Shown in pieces: positions 51,501 through 60,407 of a stretch of DNA of 64,000 nt. The position numbers and the translations under genes are program-made. The notes beneath the pieces are model-generated. The model worked only from the letters and a program-made list of their open reading frames with translations. It made no database searches and had not been told where the DNA came from. Source of the stretch: Ignavibacteriota bacterium (GTDB taxonomy: Bacteria > Bacteroidota > Ignavibacteria > UBA10030); the NCBI GenBank assembly GCA_963701295.1, contig OY969585.1:3520001-3584000 (forward strand), in the 5' to 3' direction. The first letter of the stretch is position 1, and the number at the start of each line of letters is the position of its first letter.

Positions 51501-52256
51501 AAGAGAATCGACAGCTTCATTGAAGAACACTTCGATCTGCGTACTGGTAAGGGCCTTCACCGAATCGACAACCGGCGGTGTGAAATCCGTTGATAATGAT
51601 TCTGTTGGACTTGCCGAGTTTTGCGGCTGTGGAGTACGGGTTAAGAAATCGCTGCTGTTGTCATTTGAATCGTACGCATTTCCAAGAAATTCTTCTGCCC
51701 CTCCCGAACCCATCGTCTCTGCTGTCGATGCAGCCGATGCTTTGCGTTCAATGGAACGAGTACTCGACGGTGCAGGTGCAGGACCGCTTCCTTCATAGAA
51801 ATTTGCGGTTGTGCCAAATCCGACCAGATCAATAATTTCTATACTCGCAGGATTTGCGCCGGTCAACGCAGCTGTTGTACTGCATAATGCAACTTTTCCG
51901 GCAGTTGCCGCTATGGCGACAGAACCGGCCGCATCGGGAGTCGGCAAATTCATAGTCCCTCCGGAACCAGAATCTTCCTGAATGAGATAGAATCCATGCG
52001 GTGCGATTGAACCCGTGAGCTTGGTAACCTTCCACGTACCGGTTCCTGTCGCTGAAATGTACTGAACCGACCATCCGTCAAGGGGAACCGAAAAATCGAC
52101 AGGGTTATAAAGCTCGATAAAGTCATTTTTCCAAATCGATCCGGAATTCCCGCCTCCTCCATAAATTTCACTGATAACCACCTGCGCGAAGATTTGTTGT
52201 GTGAACGTGATGAAATATATCGAAAACACGAAGAACAGACTTCGAAGAGTACACAT
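48510..52256 (-). CDS. Secreted multidomain protein: lamin-tail, Ig-like, OB-fold repeats, FN3, two PLD (HKD) nuclease-like domains, T9SS CTD
   Basis: 'VVISEIYGGGG...DFIELYN'; 'MHNKFFIFD' and 'HHKYCIVD' with GSWN/GSHN; CTD. Confidence 0.85.
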   Translation of the reverse strand: MCTLRSLFFVFSIYFITFTQQIFAQVVISEIYGGGGNSGSIWKNDFIELYNPVDFSVPLDGWSVQYISATGTGTWKVTKLTGSIAPHGFYLIQEDSGSGGTMNLPTPDAAGSVAIAATAGKVALCSTTAALTGANPASIEIIDLVGFGTTANFYEGSGPAPAPSSTRSIERKASAASTAETMGSGGAEEFLGNAYDSNDNSSDFLTRTPQPQNSASPTESLSTDFTPPVVDSVKALTSTQIEVFFNEAVDSLSSSTSTNYAINKALMVTHAQRDAVNLKLVLLTITQMANDFYTLTIHNVKDIAGNEMTTSKTFSFVFGVLTIAQARSAGAGAAVRVRGVVTVANEFKSPSCIQDATAGVAIYSPNFSSSACVGDLWEIAGVLKDFNGLLEIDPITDTVRLSSGNPLPLPKVVKSTDLSEALEAQLVRINKVKFAATGSFGAGDSSYSAGDPFGSMTVRVDKDSNIPVRPIPADSVNIVGVLTDYKGAYQLQPRSISDIGIIDPLPEQSWIEIFAARGLPDSTVVQVRGVVTYVQPASSTTPTAHTIYFQDRTGGLASYDVKSDTLFVGDSIEVKGKLVNFHNLQEVKFLDLLTLLARGVPLPAVKDLNVSQASETSESQLVRIMAVQFVEIGKFTGGTSGTNYHVTNGMTQLDVRVPYGTALEGTAIPAGTINLSGILCQYDTRYQLMPRTQSDIEQLPGPVIDSPPTITALTDTSFTVGWTTSAPAYSHISFGTTPVFDDSITASSSALVTSHVFTVPGRKAGRLYYFRAASTNGTGTSSSATYPVVTTSSQSSGQINVYFNYSVDGTIGLQPAANGNVDLQTKLLERISHATKSIDLALYSFDDFNSSVEVVANRVADSLIAAKNRGVAVRIVFDDKQTSSPLAKLTTAGIPVQKRNLADNNGIMHNKFFIFDGRDTTNAADDWVISGSWNVTDIGTYLDAQNAVFIQDQSLARIYTLEFEEMFGSSGDIANPGLARFGPVKLDNTPHFTIIHGTRVEVYFSPSDQTTSRIIQALSTAHSNIFFGLLTFTRDDVREQLIASKNAGVIVRGMIDQQPSELGMLQSAGVDAMQAGHSVVTGLFHHKYCIVDPFDDTSDPLVITGSHNWSTAAEVDNDENTLIIHSGIIARQYVQEFSERYKESGGSGTITGVKEKKSNIPEQYELSQNYPNPFNPATTISYQLLSAGRISLKVYDMLGREAAILVDEIKPAGTYSVRWEASHFSSGVYFYRLQAGYFVDTKKLVLIK

Positions 52257-52403
52257 AGGTTTTTCCTTTTTGAATAGTTGGCGCTTGAATCAATATAGTC
52301 TTTTTCTCTTTTTTTTCAAGTTAATTTTCAATAAGTATAAAAAAGAGAACCATTGGATTTCCATTGGTGTTTCAATATATTCAACTCCATACAGAAGGAT
52401 GAA

Positions 52404-52784
52404 ATGACAGAGGTAGCAGTCGGCATACTCCAAAAAAACGGGAAGATACTTATCTGCCAGCGAAAGAAAGGCGGCAGATATGAATTAAAATGGGAATTCC
52501 CCGGCGGAAAACTTGAAAAAGGAGAAACCACCGAACAATGCGTGCGCCGCGAACTGCGCGAGGAACTGAGCATCGAAATTCATTCCATCGAACGCATCCA
52601 AACACAAACTGCGTATTATGAAGATGGTGGGATGTTCAGCGTGGCGTACTGCTTCCTCTCCGGCTTTGAAGGAGAACCGCAGAACAATGTCTTTGAACAG
52701 ATTCGCTGGGTAACCGTAGATGAATTAAAACACATGGATTCACTCGACGGCAATAAACCTTTCATAGCACATCTTATGCGGTAA
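52404..52784 (+). CDS. mutT: NUDIX hydrolase, MutT-like
   Basis: 'WEFPGGKLEKGET...RRELREEL'. Confidence 0.75.
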   Translation: MTEVAVGILQKNGKILICQRKKGGRYELKWEFPGGKLEKGETTEQCVRRELREELSIEIHSIERIQTQTAYYEDGGMFSVAYCFLSGFEGEPQNNVFEQIRWVTVDELKHMDSLDGNKPFIAHLMR

Positions 52785-52840
52785 GAAAGAAATAGGGCTC
52801 TCTCTTATCATTCAGCGATCACGTACCACCAAAGTGCATA

Positions 52841-53737
52841 GTGAACATCGGCAATCGAAAATCATCAATTACGAAATCTCTCTTACATTGGTATAAGCGG
52901 AATGCTCGCCCGCTTCCCTGGCGAAAGACACGAAACCCTTATCGCATCCTTGTCTCGGAAGTGATGCTTCAGCAGACTCAGGTGAGCCGCGTACTGCAAA
53001 AGTATCCGGAGTTCCTGCGTTTGTTCCCGAACTTCTCGTTGCTTGCTCACGCTCGAACTGCCGATGTGATTCGCGCTTGGGCAGAAATGGGTTATAATAA
53101 CCGTGCAATACGCCTACAGCAGATTGCCAAAGAGATTACGAATGATAACAACGGTCGTCTGCCCTCCGACATTCATATTCTCCAAAAACTTCCTGGTATT
53201 GGACGTTACACGGCTCACGCTGTCGCTTGCTTTTCATTCGGACAACACACAGCCGTCGTCGACACAAACGTGCGCAGGATTCTTGCTCGGTTGTTCCCCC
53301 AACAAGCCACTTCCCTGGATGAATGGGAACTTGCTGAATCGATACTCCCCAAAAGAAAAGCATACGAATGGAATCAAGCACTCATGGAACTTGGCAGTAT
53401 TTTTTGTACAGCAGCTCATCCGCGCTGTATTGACTGTCCGCTCAAACAGTATTGTCCGAGCGCATTTCAAATCCGTGAATCGAAGAAATCTTATGCCAGG
53501 AAGAATCATCGCGTCATGATTCCGAACAGAATGTACCGCGGACGAATTGTTGCACTGCTGCGCACTATACGCCCTCGTCAATCGATCGAATCAAATCGGT
53601 TGCTGCACATGATACGGCCGGAAGCAAGAAGTCAAAATCAAAAATGGTTCTCGCTGGTATTAGCCGGACTTCAACGCGACGGATTGATTCAAATACGCTT
53701 CCAAAAAGAGAAAAGATTTATTTCGCTGCCAAAATGA
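52841..53737 (+). CDS. mutY: A/G-specific adenine glycosylase (short form)
   Basis: 'LPWR', 'SEVMLQQTQV', HhH 'LPGIGRYTA', 4Fe-4S motif C-x6-C-x2-C-x5-C. Confidence 0.88.
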   Translation: MNIGNRKSSITKSLLHWYKRNARPLPWRKTRNPYRILVSEVMLQQTQVSRVLQKYPEFLRLFPNFSLLAHARTADVIRAWAEMGYNNRAIRLQQIAKEITNDNNGRLPSDIHILQKLPGIGRYTAHAVACFSFGQHTAVVDTNVRRILARLFPQQATSLDEWELAESILPKRKAYEWNQALMELGSIFCTAAHPRCIDCPLKQYCPSAFQIRESKKSYARKNHRVMIPNRMYRGRIVALLRTIRPRQSIESNRLLHMIRPEARSQNQKWFSLVLAGLQRDGLIQIRFQKEKRFISLPK

Positions 53738-54381
53738 AAACCGCTCCCCTCGATAAAATAAAACTACTCGATGAAATTGAACATCACTATCTGACGCACA
53801 AGGAAGCAATCCGAGTTCGATTGTCGGAATTTCAATCTATTCCACCTTCAGAATACTTCTATGAACTTACCTATTGCCTTCTCACACCTCAATCAAGCGC
53901 AGCACACGCTGAACAGGCTGTCGCTCAGCTGCGTAATGCCGGATTCCATTCTCAATATACAGATCCTGAACCTATCCTTCGGCGTAAAAAATATTATATC
54001 CGCTTTCATAGAACAAAAACGCGGCATCTCATACTAATGAAGAAAGAATTCTCTGTCATTGCACAAAAATTATCGGAACCAGCTTCAGCATTCGATCTTC
54101 GAGAGTGGCTTGTGATGCACATCATCGGTTTAGGTTATAAAGAGGCTACACATTTTCTACGTAACATAGGTAAAAACAACGGGCTCGCCATTCTTGATCG
54201 GCACATCTTGCGCACGTTGGAACGATTGGGAGTCATTGATTCCATCCCAAATTCGATAAATAAAAACCGATATCTTGAAATCGAACAGCGATTTAAAATA
54301 TTTTCCTACAACATTGGCATAGTATTGGATGAATTAGACCTGGTTCTTTGGAGCATGGGTACGGGAGAAATCCGTAAATGA
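53734..54381 (+). CDS. ogg: 8-oxoguanine DNA glycosylase/lyase (archaeal/Thermotoga OGG2 type)
   Basis: 'IRF...K', 'GLGYKEATHFLRNIG', 'AILDRHILR', 'LDLVLW...TG...K'; ATGA overlap with mutY. Confidence 0.85.
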   Translation: MKTAPLDKIKLLDEIEHHYLTHKEAIRVRLSEFQSIPPSEYFYELTYCLLTPQSSAAHAEQAVAQLRNAGFHSQYTDPEPILRRKKYYIRFHRTKTRHLILMKKEFSVIAQKLSEPASAFDLREWLVMHIIGLGYKEATHFLRNIGKNNGLAILDRHILRTLERLGVIDSIPNSINKNRYLEIEQRFKIFSYNIGIVLDELDLVLWSMGTGEIRK

Positions 54382-54625
54382 GATACTTCCCCTGGCGCTC
54401 CGGTTATAGTTCTGATTGACTGTTATTGTGAAAGTAACAACGTTCCGGCAAAAATAATGAAACAGAGCAAATTTCAACAACTTTATTTATTAGAAACGAG
54501 ATATACACTATAGGAGTTTTTTTAAGTATGAACAGTACTCAATTACAAAATTTTCACAATAGAACGAATTGATAGGGAAAAGAATAGTACGGACTTCAAT
54601 CGATAATTTAGAAAATGGAGGTAAT

Positions 54626-55015
54626 ATGGGATCCCAGCAATTGTTGTTGATTATGCTTATCATGCTGTTAGTCGGTATCGCTATGACAGTCGCAATCACG
54701 ATATCTCAAGCAAAAGCGGTCGAAGCAAACTGCAATGCCCTCACGAATGACCTGCTTTATTATGCCGCTAAGGCACGTGAGTTCTATTGGAGACCATCAA
54801 CGCTTGGAGGTGGCAATAGAAGTTTTTCCGGGGTGACACTTCCAAAGCTTTCTTTGGCGTCCTCAAATGCAAATGGGCGATTTTTTATTGTAGGCTCTCC
54901 AACAAAAGATGAAATTGTAATAAAAGGTATTGGCACGGTTACAGTCGGGAAAAACACAACACAGGTACAAGTAATCGTCAACGAACAAAATAACTCCTTT
55001 TGGATCATCCATTAA
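54626..55015 (+). CDS. Pilin-like protein with a very short leader (MG-SQQLLL...)
   Basis: RBS GGAGG; N-terminal hydrophobic helix followed by a small beta domain. Confidence 0.55.
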   Translation: MGSQQLLLIMLIMLLVGIAMTVAITISQAKAVEANCNALTNDLLYYAAKAREFYWRPSTLGGGNRSFSGVTLPKLSLASSNANGRFFIVGSPTKDEIVIKGIGTVTVGKNTTQVQVIVNEQNNSFWIIH

Positions 55016-55019
55016 CACG

Positions 55020-55517
55020 ATGGCGCAGCAAAATTCTTTCGATATTGTGTCCGAAGTGAATCTTCAGGAAGTTGATAATGCAGTCAATCAGGCACATAAA
55101 GAGATCACTCAGCGGTATGATTTCAAAGGAATCCATACGACTGTTGAACTTGACCAAAAAGAGAAAAAGCTCGTTATTACCACTGGCGATGAATTTCATT
55201 TGAAAAGCGTCATCGATATTTTACAATCAAAGTTGATCAAACGCAGCGTTTCTCTGAAGGCGCTCAAATATGGAAATGTTGAACCTGCCGCCTCCAGTTC
55301 GGTACGGCAAATCATTACTCTGCAGGTTGGTATTGCGAAAGACGATGCAAAAAAAATTACAAAACTCGTGAAAGATTCAAAATTGAAAGTGCAAGCACAG
55401 ATCATGGAAGACCAAGTACGCGTAACCGGCAAGGATAAAGATGATCTGCAAGCTGTTATCAGCCTGCTTCGCGGTCAGGACTTTCCATTTGCACTGCAAT
55501 TCGTGAATTATCGTTAG
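55020..55517 (+). CDS. yajQ: YajQ family nucleotide/c-di-GMP-binding protein
   Basis: 'SFDIVSEV', 'RYDFKG', 'RVTGK..DDLQ', 'LQFVNYR'. Confidence 0.93.
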   Translation: MAQQNSFDIVSEVNLQEVDNAVNQAHKEITQRYDFKGIHTTVELDQKEKKLVITTGDEFHLKSVIDILQSKLIKRSVSLKALKYGNVEPAASSSVRQIITLQVGIAKDDAKKITKLVKDSKLKVQAQIMEDQVRVTGKDKDDLQAVISLLRGQDFPFALQFVNYR

Positions 55518-57107
55518 ATGAACCGCTCCTGCTTTTGGAAATTCATATTTCTCTCTGTCATTTCTTTTCCCTTGTGTCATTCCCAAGAGGCCGGTCAGGA
55601 AACTCCGATCACATTTCGTCTGGCAAACGGCGACACGGCACTCGTCCGTACTCTCGACAGCACTGAAGTACTCTACTTCTCTCTCACCGATTTTTTGAAG
55701 CCGTTGCAACTCCCCAGCATTCTGAACGACAGCACCGGAAAGGTCGAATGTCTCATTGCTTCGCAGCTTGTTCGATTTACGGATCAGAATCCTTTCGTCG
55801 TCATCACGGAACGTTTATCGAACGCCGCTACGGTGTATCAAATGCCGACACAAGTGATTCGCAAACATGGAGAATTTTATATTCCCGCGTTGACTTTCGT
55901 CGCGCTGTTTGAACGGATAACAGACAAACCCTTATTGTTCGATGCAGAACGCAAAATGCTCGAGTTACGTTTATCCACTTCACCATATGATATTGCAGGG
56001 ATTGAAATTGAAAAGAAACTGAACGGGTCTCTCATCACCGTTCTTGCCAATAAGAAACTCGGCGATATCGAAACTTGGCTAAAACCTGATGGCTGGCTGT
56101 TTGTAACCATCACCGGAGTCACGGCTGATACAGCTGCGTTGAATAGAATCAAACCCTCCGAAGCGGTAAAGAAAATTCTCGCATTTCAATCACCTGCTTC
56201 TGTCCAATTGACATTTCGCGTTACTCCCGATGTTGTGCAAGCAGAAGCGGCAAACGATCCGGCATCGAACAACCTTTTCATCTCACTGAGGATCCGTTCT
56301 GAATCCGAAAGAAAAGAGATAGAAAAAAAGAGACTTGAAGCCGTCAAGCAGAACCATGAACACAAACGCGATCGCTGGAAACTTGATGTCATCGTTATCG
56401 ACGCCGGACATGGCGGCAAAGATCCGGGAACTGTTGGTGTTGTAGGCACCTACGAAAAAGATATTACTCTGAGTGTCGCACTCAAGCTTGGACACCTTAT
56501 TGAAAAGAATTTAAAAGATATTCGGGTTGTGTACACACGGACAGCAGACCGATTTGTCGAGCTGTACCGGCGCACACAAATCGCCAACGAAGCCGCAGGA
56601 AAATTATTTGTCAGTCTTCATTGTAATGCATTGCCGTATAAACCATCGAGCATGAATGGCTTTGAGATCTACTTGCTTCGCCCCAACCGCTCGGAGGAGG
56701 CGGTTTCAATCGCTTCTCGAGAGAATGCTGTCATTCAATTGGAAGAAGGATACCAAGAGCGATATCAAAAATTGACGGAAGAGGAATTCATCATCGTTAC
56801 GATGGCACAGAGTTCCTATATGAAACAGAGCGAACAATTTGCCGAGTGTGCTATCGGATCAATGGCTAAAAACCTGCGTATCAAGAACAGTGGCGTGAAA
56901 CAAGCCGGATTCTATGTCCTTGTCGGCGCATCCATGCCCAATGTTCTCGTAGAGCTTGGATATCTTTCCAATAGAAAAGAAGAGCAGTTCCTTCGCAGTC
57001 AGGATGGCCAAAGAAATATTGCCGAGGCGCTTTTTAAAGGAGTGAAGGAGTATAAAAGGAAATACGAACAAGCGTTGCAAGAAGGTATAGAAAACGATGT
57101 TCCGTAA
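55518..57107 (+). CDS. N-acetylmuramoyl-L-alanine amidase (Amidase_3)
   Basis: 'IDAGHGGKDPG', 'FVSLHCNA', 'MPNVLVELGYLSN'. Confidence 0.9.
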   Translation: MNRSCFWKFIFLSVISFPLCHSQEAGQETPITFRLANGDTALVRTLDSTEVLYFSLTDFLKPLQLPSILNDSTGKVECLIASQLVRFTDQNPFVVITERLSNAATVYQMPTQVIRKHGEFYIPALTFVALFERITDKPLLFDAERKMLELRLSTSPYDIAGIEIEKKLNGSLITVLANKKLGDIETWLKPDGWLFVTITGVTADTAALNRIKPSEAVKKILAFQSPASVQLTFRVTPDVVQAEAANDPASNNLFISLRIRSESERKEIEKKRLEAVKQNHEHKRDRWKLDVIVIDAGHGGKDPGTVGVVGTYEKDITLSVALKLGHLIEKNLKDIRVVYTRTADRFVELYRRTQIANEAAGKLFVSLHCNALPYKPSSMNGFEIYLLRPNRSEEAVSIASRENAVIQLEEGYQERYQKLTEEEFIIVTMAQSSYMKQSEQFAECAIGSMAKNLRIKNSGVKQAGFYVLVGASMPNVLVELGYLSNRKEEQFLRSQDGQRNIAEALFKGVKEYKRKYEQALQEGIENDVP

Positions 57108-57247
57108 ATACGGCAATTGATTGGCACTAGGAAGAACATTGAACCTGCTCGATACGTAATAATTTAAACCAAACACAATATTTCATTGTCTCACCTTCAG
57201 AACTGAAAAGCAGCATTGATACATTCATTAAAATAGGAGGAGGAGGT

Positions 57248-57587
57248 ATGAAAAAAATCCTATCTAATGATCATCACATTGTCAATTTCTTTATTCTGTT
57301 GGAGTGTTTCGGCACAGGAACAAACGGCGCCGCCAAAGACTCCAAAAATCACAAAAAAACAGATACACCAACAAGCACGAATTAAACAAGGTGTCCAAAG
57401 CGGAGAACTCACCAAAGGCGAGACTGTACATCTGGAGAAAGAGCAAGGAAAGATTCAGGCTGAAAAATTGCAGGCAAAATCAGACGGAAAAGTAACGCCA
57501 CAAGAACGTAAAAAAATTCGTCGTGATCAAAGGAAAGCGAACCGCGATATATATCGAGCAAAACATAACGATAAGACTCAAAAATAA
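57248..57587 (+). CDS. Small basic secreted protein ('G.LT..E' repeats); frameshift just after the start
   Basis: Strong RBS before the ATG at 57248, which is out of frame with ORF 57267..57587. Confidence 0.7.
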
Positions 57588-57610
57588 ATCTCTATACTAT
57601 GAAAATATCG

Positions 57611-57643
57611 AAGCTGAGCTGATAAAAACCAGTTCGGCTTTTT
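57611..57643. terminator. Probable bidirectional intrinsic terminator
   Basis: aagctgagctg/cagttcggctt hairpin with a T-tract, between convergent genes. Confidence 0.6.
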
Positions 57644-57660
57644 GTTTATTGATGAGAGTA

Positions 57661-59526
57661 TTACTGAATAACAAGAACAGGTATCTTTAAAGCATGACGA
57701 ACCTTTGAGATTGAAGTACCAAAGATCAAATCTTTCATTCCCCGATGCCCATGACCACCCATTACGAGCAGGTCGATTTTCTGTTCTTGGGCAATGCGAA
57801 CAATTTCTTTGGGCACACGGCCAAAGCCAAGCACTGCTTGAACATCAATCCCTGTAATCCGAAGTTCTTCTGCATGTTTTTCCAAATGCTGCATATCATC
57901 CCGGGTTTCGTCATCGTAGGCATATGCGCCAAACAACTGCCCGCCCACTCCTTCAACAATATGCATAAGAACAAGATGCGCGCCATTGTGCTGTGCAAGT
58001 GATTGTGCATGCGAAAGCACTTTCGAATCCATCAAACCTAAATCGAGTGCGACTCCGATTCGAGTATATGGATGCGGTACAAATTCGAGTTGTTCAATTT
58101 CTGATGGCATTGTTGGTTTTCTCCTTCGCCAAGATTTTGGTAAAGAGATATAGATAAGCAATATAAAAATTCCTGCAATCAAGGGAACAACCGTGAACCA
58201 CAGAATGATCGATCCATTCCCCGTATTTGTAATCCAATCTCTTATCGTACTGATCACCAATTGGGCGTTCAACACGACGATAATCACAGCGGCAATCGAT
58301 GCAAGAATCTTCACCCACTGTTTATTGACAAATGTCCCCATGCGTTCTTTATCACTTGTAAAATGGATTAGCGGAACAACGGCAAACGGAAGTTGAAGAC
58401 TCAATACTACCTGGCTCAAAATGAGTAACTCATATGATCCTTGATCGCCACGCAACGTGATAACGGTGACTGCCGGAATAATAGCAAGGGTGCGTGTCAA
58501 GAGCCGCCGGAGGACCGGCCGCATTTTAAAATGAAGAAAACCCTCCATCACAATCTGTCCGGCATAGGTACCGGTAAGAGTGGAACTTTGTCCTGACGCC
58601 AAAAGTGCGACAGCAAAAAGCGTGCTTGCCAACATTGTGCCAAGCAAGGGCGCTAAGAGTGTATGTGCCTGCTGGATTTCCGTCACAAGCATTCCATTTT
58701 TAAAAAAAACTGATGCAGAAAGAATAAGAATTGCTGCGTTGATAAGAAATGCGGCATTTAATGCAATCAAGGTGTCAACGAAATTGAATTTACACGCTTG
58801 CCGTTTCCCTTGTTCCGTTTGCTCAACGAGCCGTGTTTGAACAAGTGCCGAGTGAAGATATAAATTGTGAGGCATAACCGTGGCGCCAAGAATCCCAATT
58901 GCAATATAGAGATTTCCGGAGTTTAGCCGCGGAATAAATCCGTTCGCAATCTCGCCGATCAGCGGCTTGGAAAGCAGCATCTCAATGCCAAAACACGCGC
59001 CCATCACTGTTACCATCATGACGATAAAAAATTCCATTTTCCGAATACCAAAATTTTGGATGAGCAGGAAAAGGATTGTATCAAACCCCGTGATGATAAC
59101 GCCGACGATCAAGGGCATGCCGAAGAGGAGATTTAATCCGATGGCTGTGCCAAGCACTTCGGCAAGATCACAAGCGGCAATCGCAATCTCGCAAAGAACC
59201 CATAAGACGTAGGTGATAGGCTTTGGATATTCATCCCGACAACTTTGTGCAAGATCGCGTCCTGTGACGATACCGAGACGAGCGGAGAGTGTTTGCAGGA
59301 GCACCGCCATCAAATTCGACATCAAGATGACCCACAGAAGTTGAAATCCAAATCGCGAGCCGCCTTCGATGTCTGTTGCCCAATTGCCCGGATCCATATA
59401 GCCGACACTGACAAGATACGCTGGACCGGCAAAAGCAAAGAAACGTTTCATCATTCCATAATGCCTGGGAATGGTCACGGATCCATGGACTTCAGACAAT
59501 GAAACAGATGTGTTATCTATTGCCAT
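57661..59526 (-). CDS. mntH: NRAMP Mn2+/Fe2+ transporter with a C-terminal universal stress protein domain
   Basis: 'YMDPGN', 'MPHNLYLHS', 'GQSST.TGTYAGQ'; USP 'DLLVMGGHGH'. Confidence 0.93.
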   Translation of the reverse strand: MAIDNTSVSLSEVHGSVTIPRHYGMMKRFFAFAGPAYLVSVGYMDPGNWATDIEGGSRFGFQLLWVILMSNLMAVLLQTLSARLGIVTGRDLAQSCRDEYPKPITYVLWVLCEIAIAACDLAEVLGTAIGLNLLFGMPLIVGVIITGFDTILFLLIQNFGIRKMEFFIVMMVTVMGACFGIEMLLSKPLIGEIANGFIPRLNSGNLYIAIGILGATVMPHNLYLHSALVQTRLVEQTEQGKRQACKFNFVDTLIALNAAFLINAAILILSASVFFKNGMLVTEIQQAHTLLAPLLGTMLASTLFAVALLASGQSSTLTGTYAGQIVMEGFLHFKMRPVLRRLLTRTLAIIPAVTVITLRGDQGSYELLILSQVVLSLQLPFAVVPLIHFTSDKERMGTFVNKQWVKILASIAAVIIVVLNAQLVISTIRDWITNTGNGSIILWFTVVPLIAGIFILLIYISLPKSWRRRKPTMPSEIEQLEFVPHPYTRIGVALDLGLMDSKVLSHAQSLAQHNGAHLVLMHIVEGVGGQLFGAYAYDDETRDDMQHLEKHAEELRITGIDVQAVLGFGRVPKEIVRIAQEQKIDLLVMGGHGHRGMKDLIFGTSISKVRHALKIPVLVIQ

Positions 59527-59628
59527 AATCTTTTTCTAAGTTTTCCATTTCGGAGCATAGATGAAAGATCCGCCTTTCCTTCCTTTCAACTGCTCCCTTA
59601 TTGCTGGGAACCGATAACGATCAACTGA

Positions 59629-60348
59629 CTACTTTTTTTTCTCCTCAAAAACAGCATCTTCAAGCCCAACATTCACTTTATAATTTGAATACTGAATAGT
59701 CGCCGAGCCATTTCTTGGCACTCCGCGTTGTATTTGACTGAACTGATCGGCAGGCTGGGAAATCGAATCATTCTCAGTTTTCTCTCCTTCCGTCGTCGAT
59801 CCGAAAATAACAATCATCTTTGATGGCAGCCAAAACTTCTCCTGCACAAATTCATAGGTAAAAACTATAGAAAGTGTTCGGCCTTCGCGCGGAATAGTTT
59901 CTATCTTTGCAATTGTCCAATGCGTAGAATCGATCCATGCGTACATCTGCCGTAAGCGTGTTTTCTTTTCCTTTGCAGCAAGCTGAAGTTTGTATAACAT
60001 TCGGCCATCGAGAGTGTCTGTTCCAAGAAATGATGCATCGTAGCGTTCAAATAACACTGCTGGATTCAAAGTGACACCTTCGCGTGGTACGAACAAAAAA
60101 CCCTGCGATGTAAAATGAACTTTATCCGGCCTCTTAAAATCCATCGTTGCATGCATCTTGGGAACTTGTACGCGCTCCATCTTAACTTCTGCATCGATAG
60201 TTGCTACAAAGTCATGGACCTCTGCGAATCCATTCACGACTCTCGCGAGAAGAGTGTCGGCATTTAGCGCTTCTGATAACTTTTGTGCACAAGTCGTATT
60301 CAATACTAAACTGGTCATTAATGCTATTCTTACAATTTTCATTGTCAC
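59629..60348 (-). CDS. LolA-like / outer-membrane lipoprotein-sorting protein
   Basis: 'FKRPDK', 'WID', C-terminal 'VNVGL.D..F'. Confidence 0.6.
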   Translation of the reverse strand: MTMKIVRIALMTSLVLNTTCAQKLSEALNADTLLARVVNGFAEVHDFVATIDAEVKMERVQVPKMHATMDFKRPDKVHFTSQGFLFVPREGVTLNPAVLFERYDASFLGTDTLDGRMLYKLQLAAKEKKTRLRQMYAWIDSTHWTIAKIETIPREGRTLSIVFTYEFVQEKFWLPSKMIVIFGSTTEGEKTENDSISQPADQFSQIQRGVPRNGSATIQYSNYKVNVGLEDAVFEEKKK

Positions 60349-60407
60349 CTCTTTATTATTTCATAGGACAAGATGGCTCCCTATCCCATACTAGATATAA
60401 ACATATT

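Noticed and set aside
59527-59625. Possible yybP-ykoY manganese riboswitch upstream of mntH
   Set aside because: Only a loose purine-rich resemblance; the conserved motifs could not be identified by eye, so an Rfam search is needed
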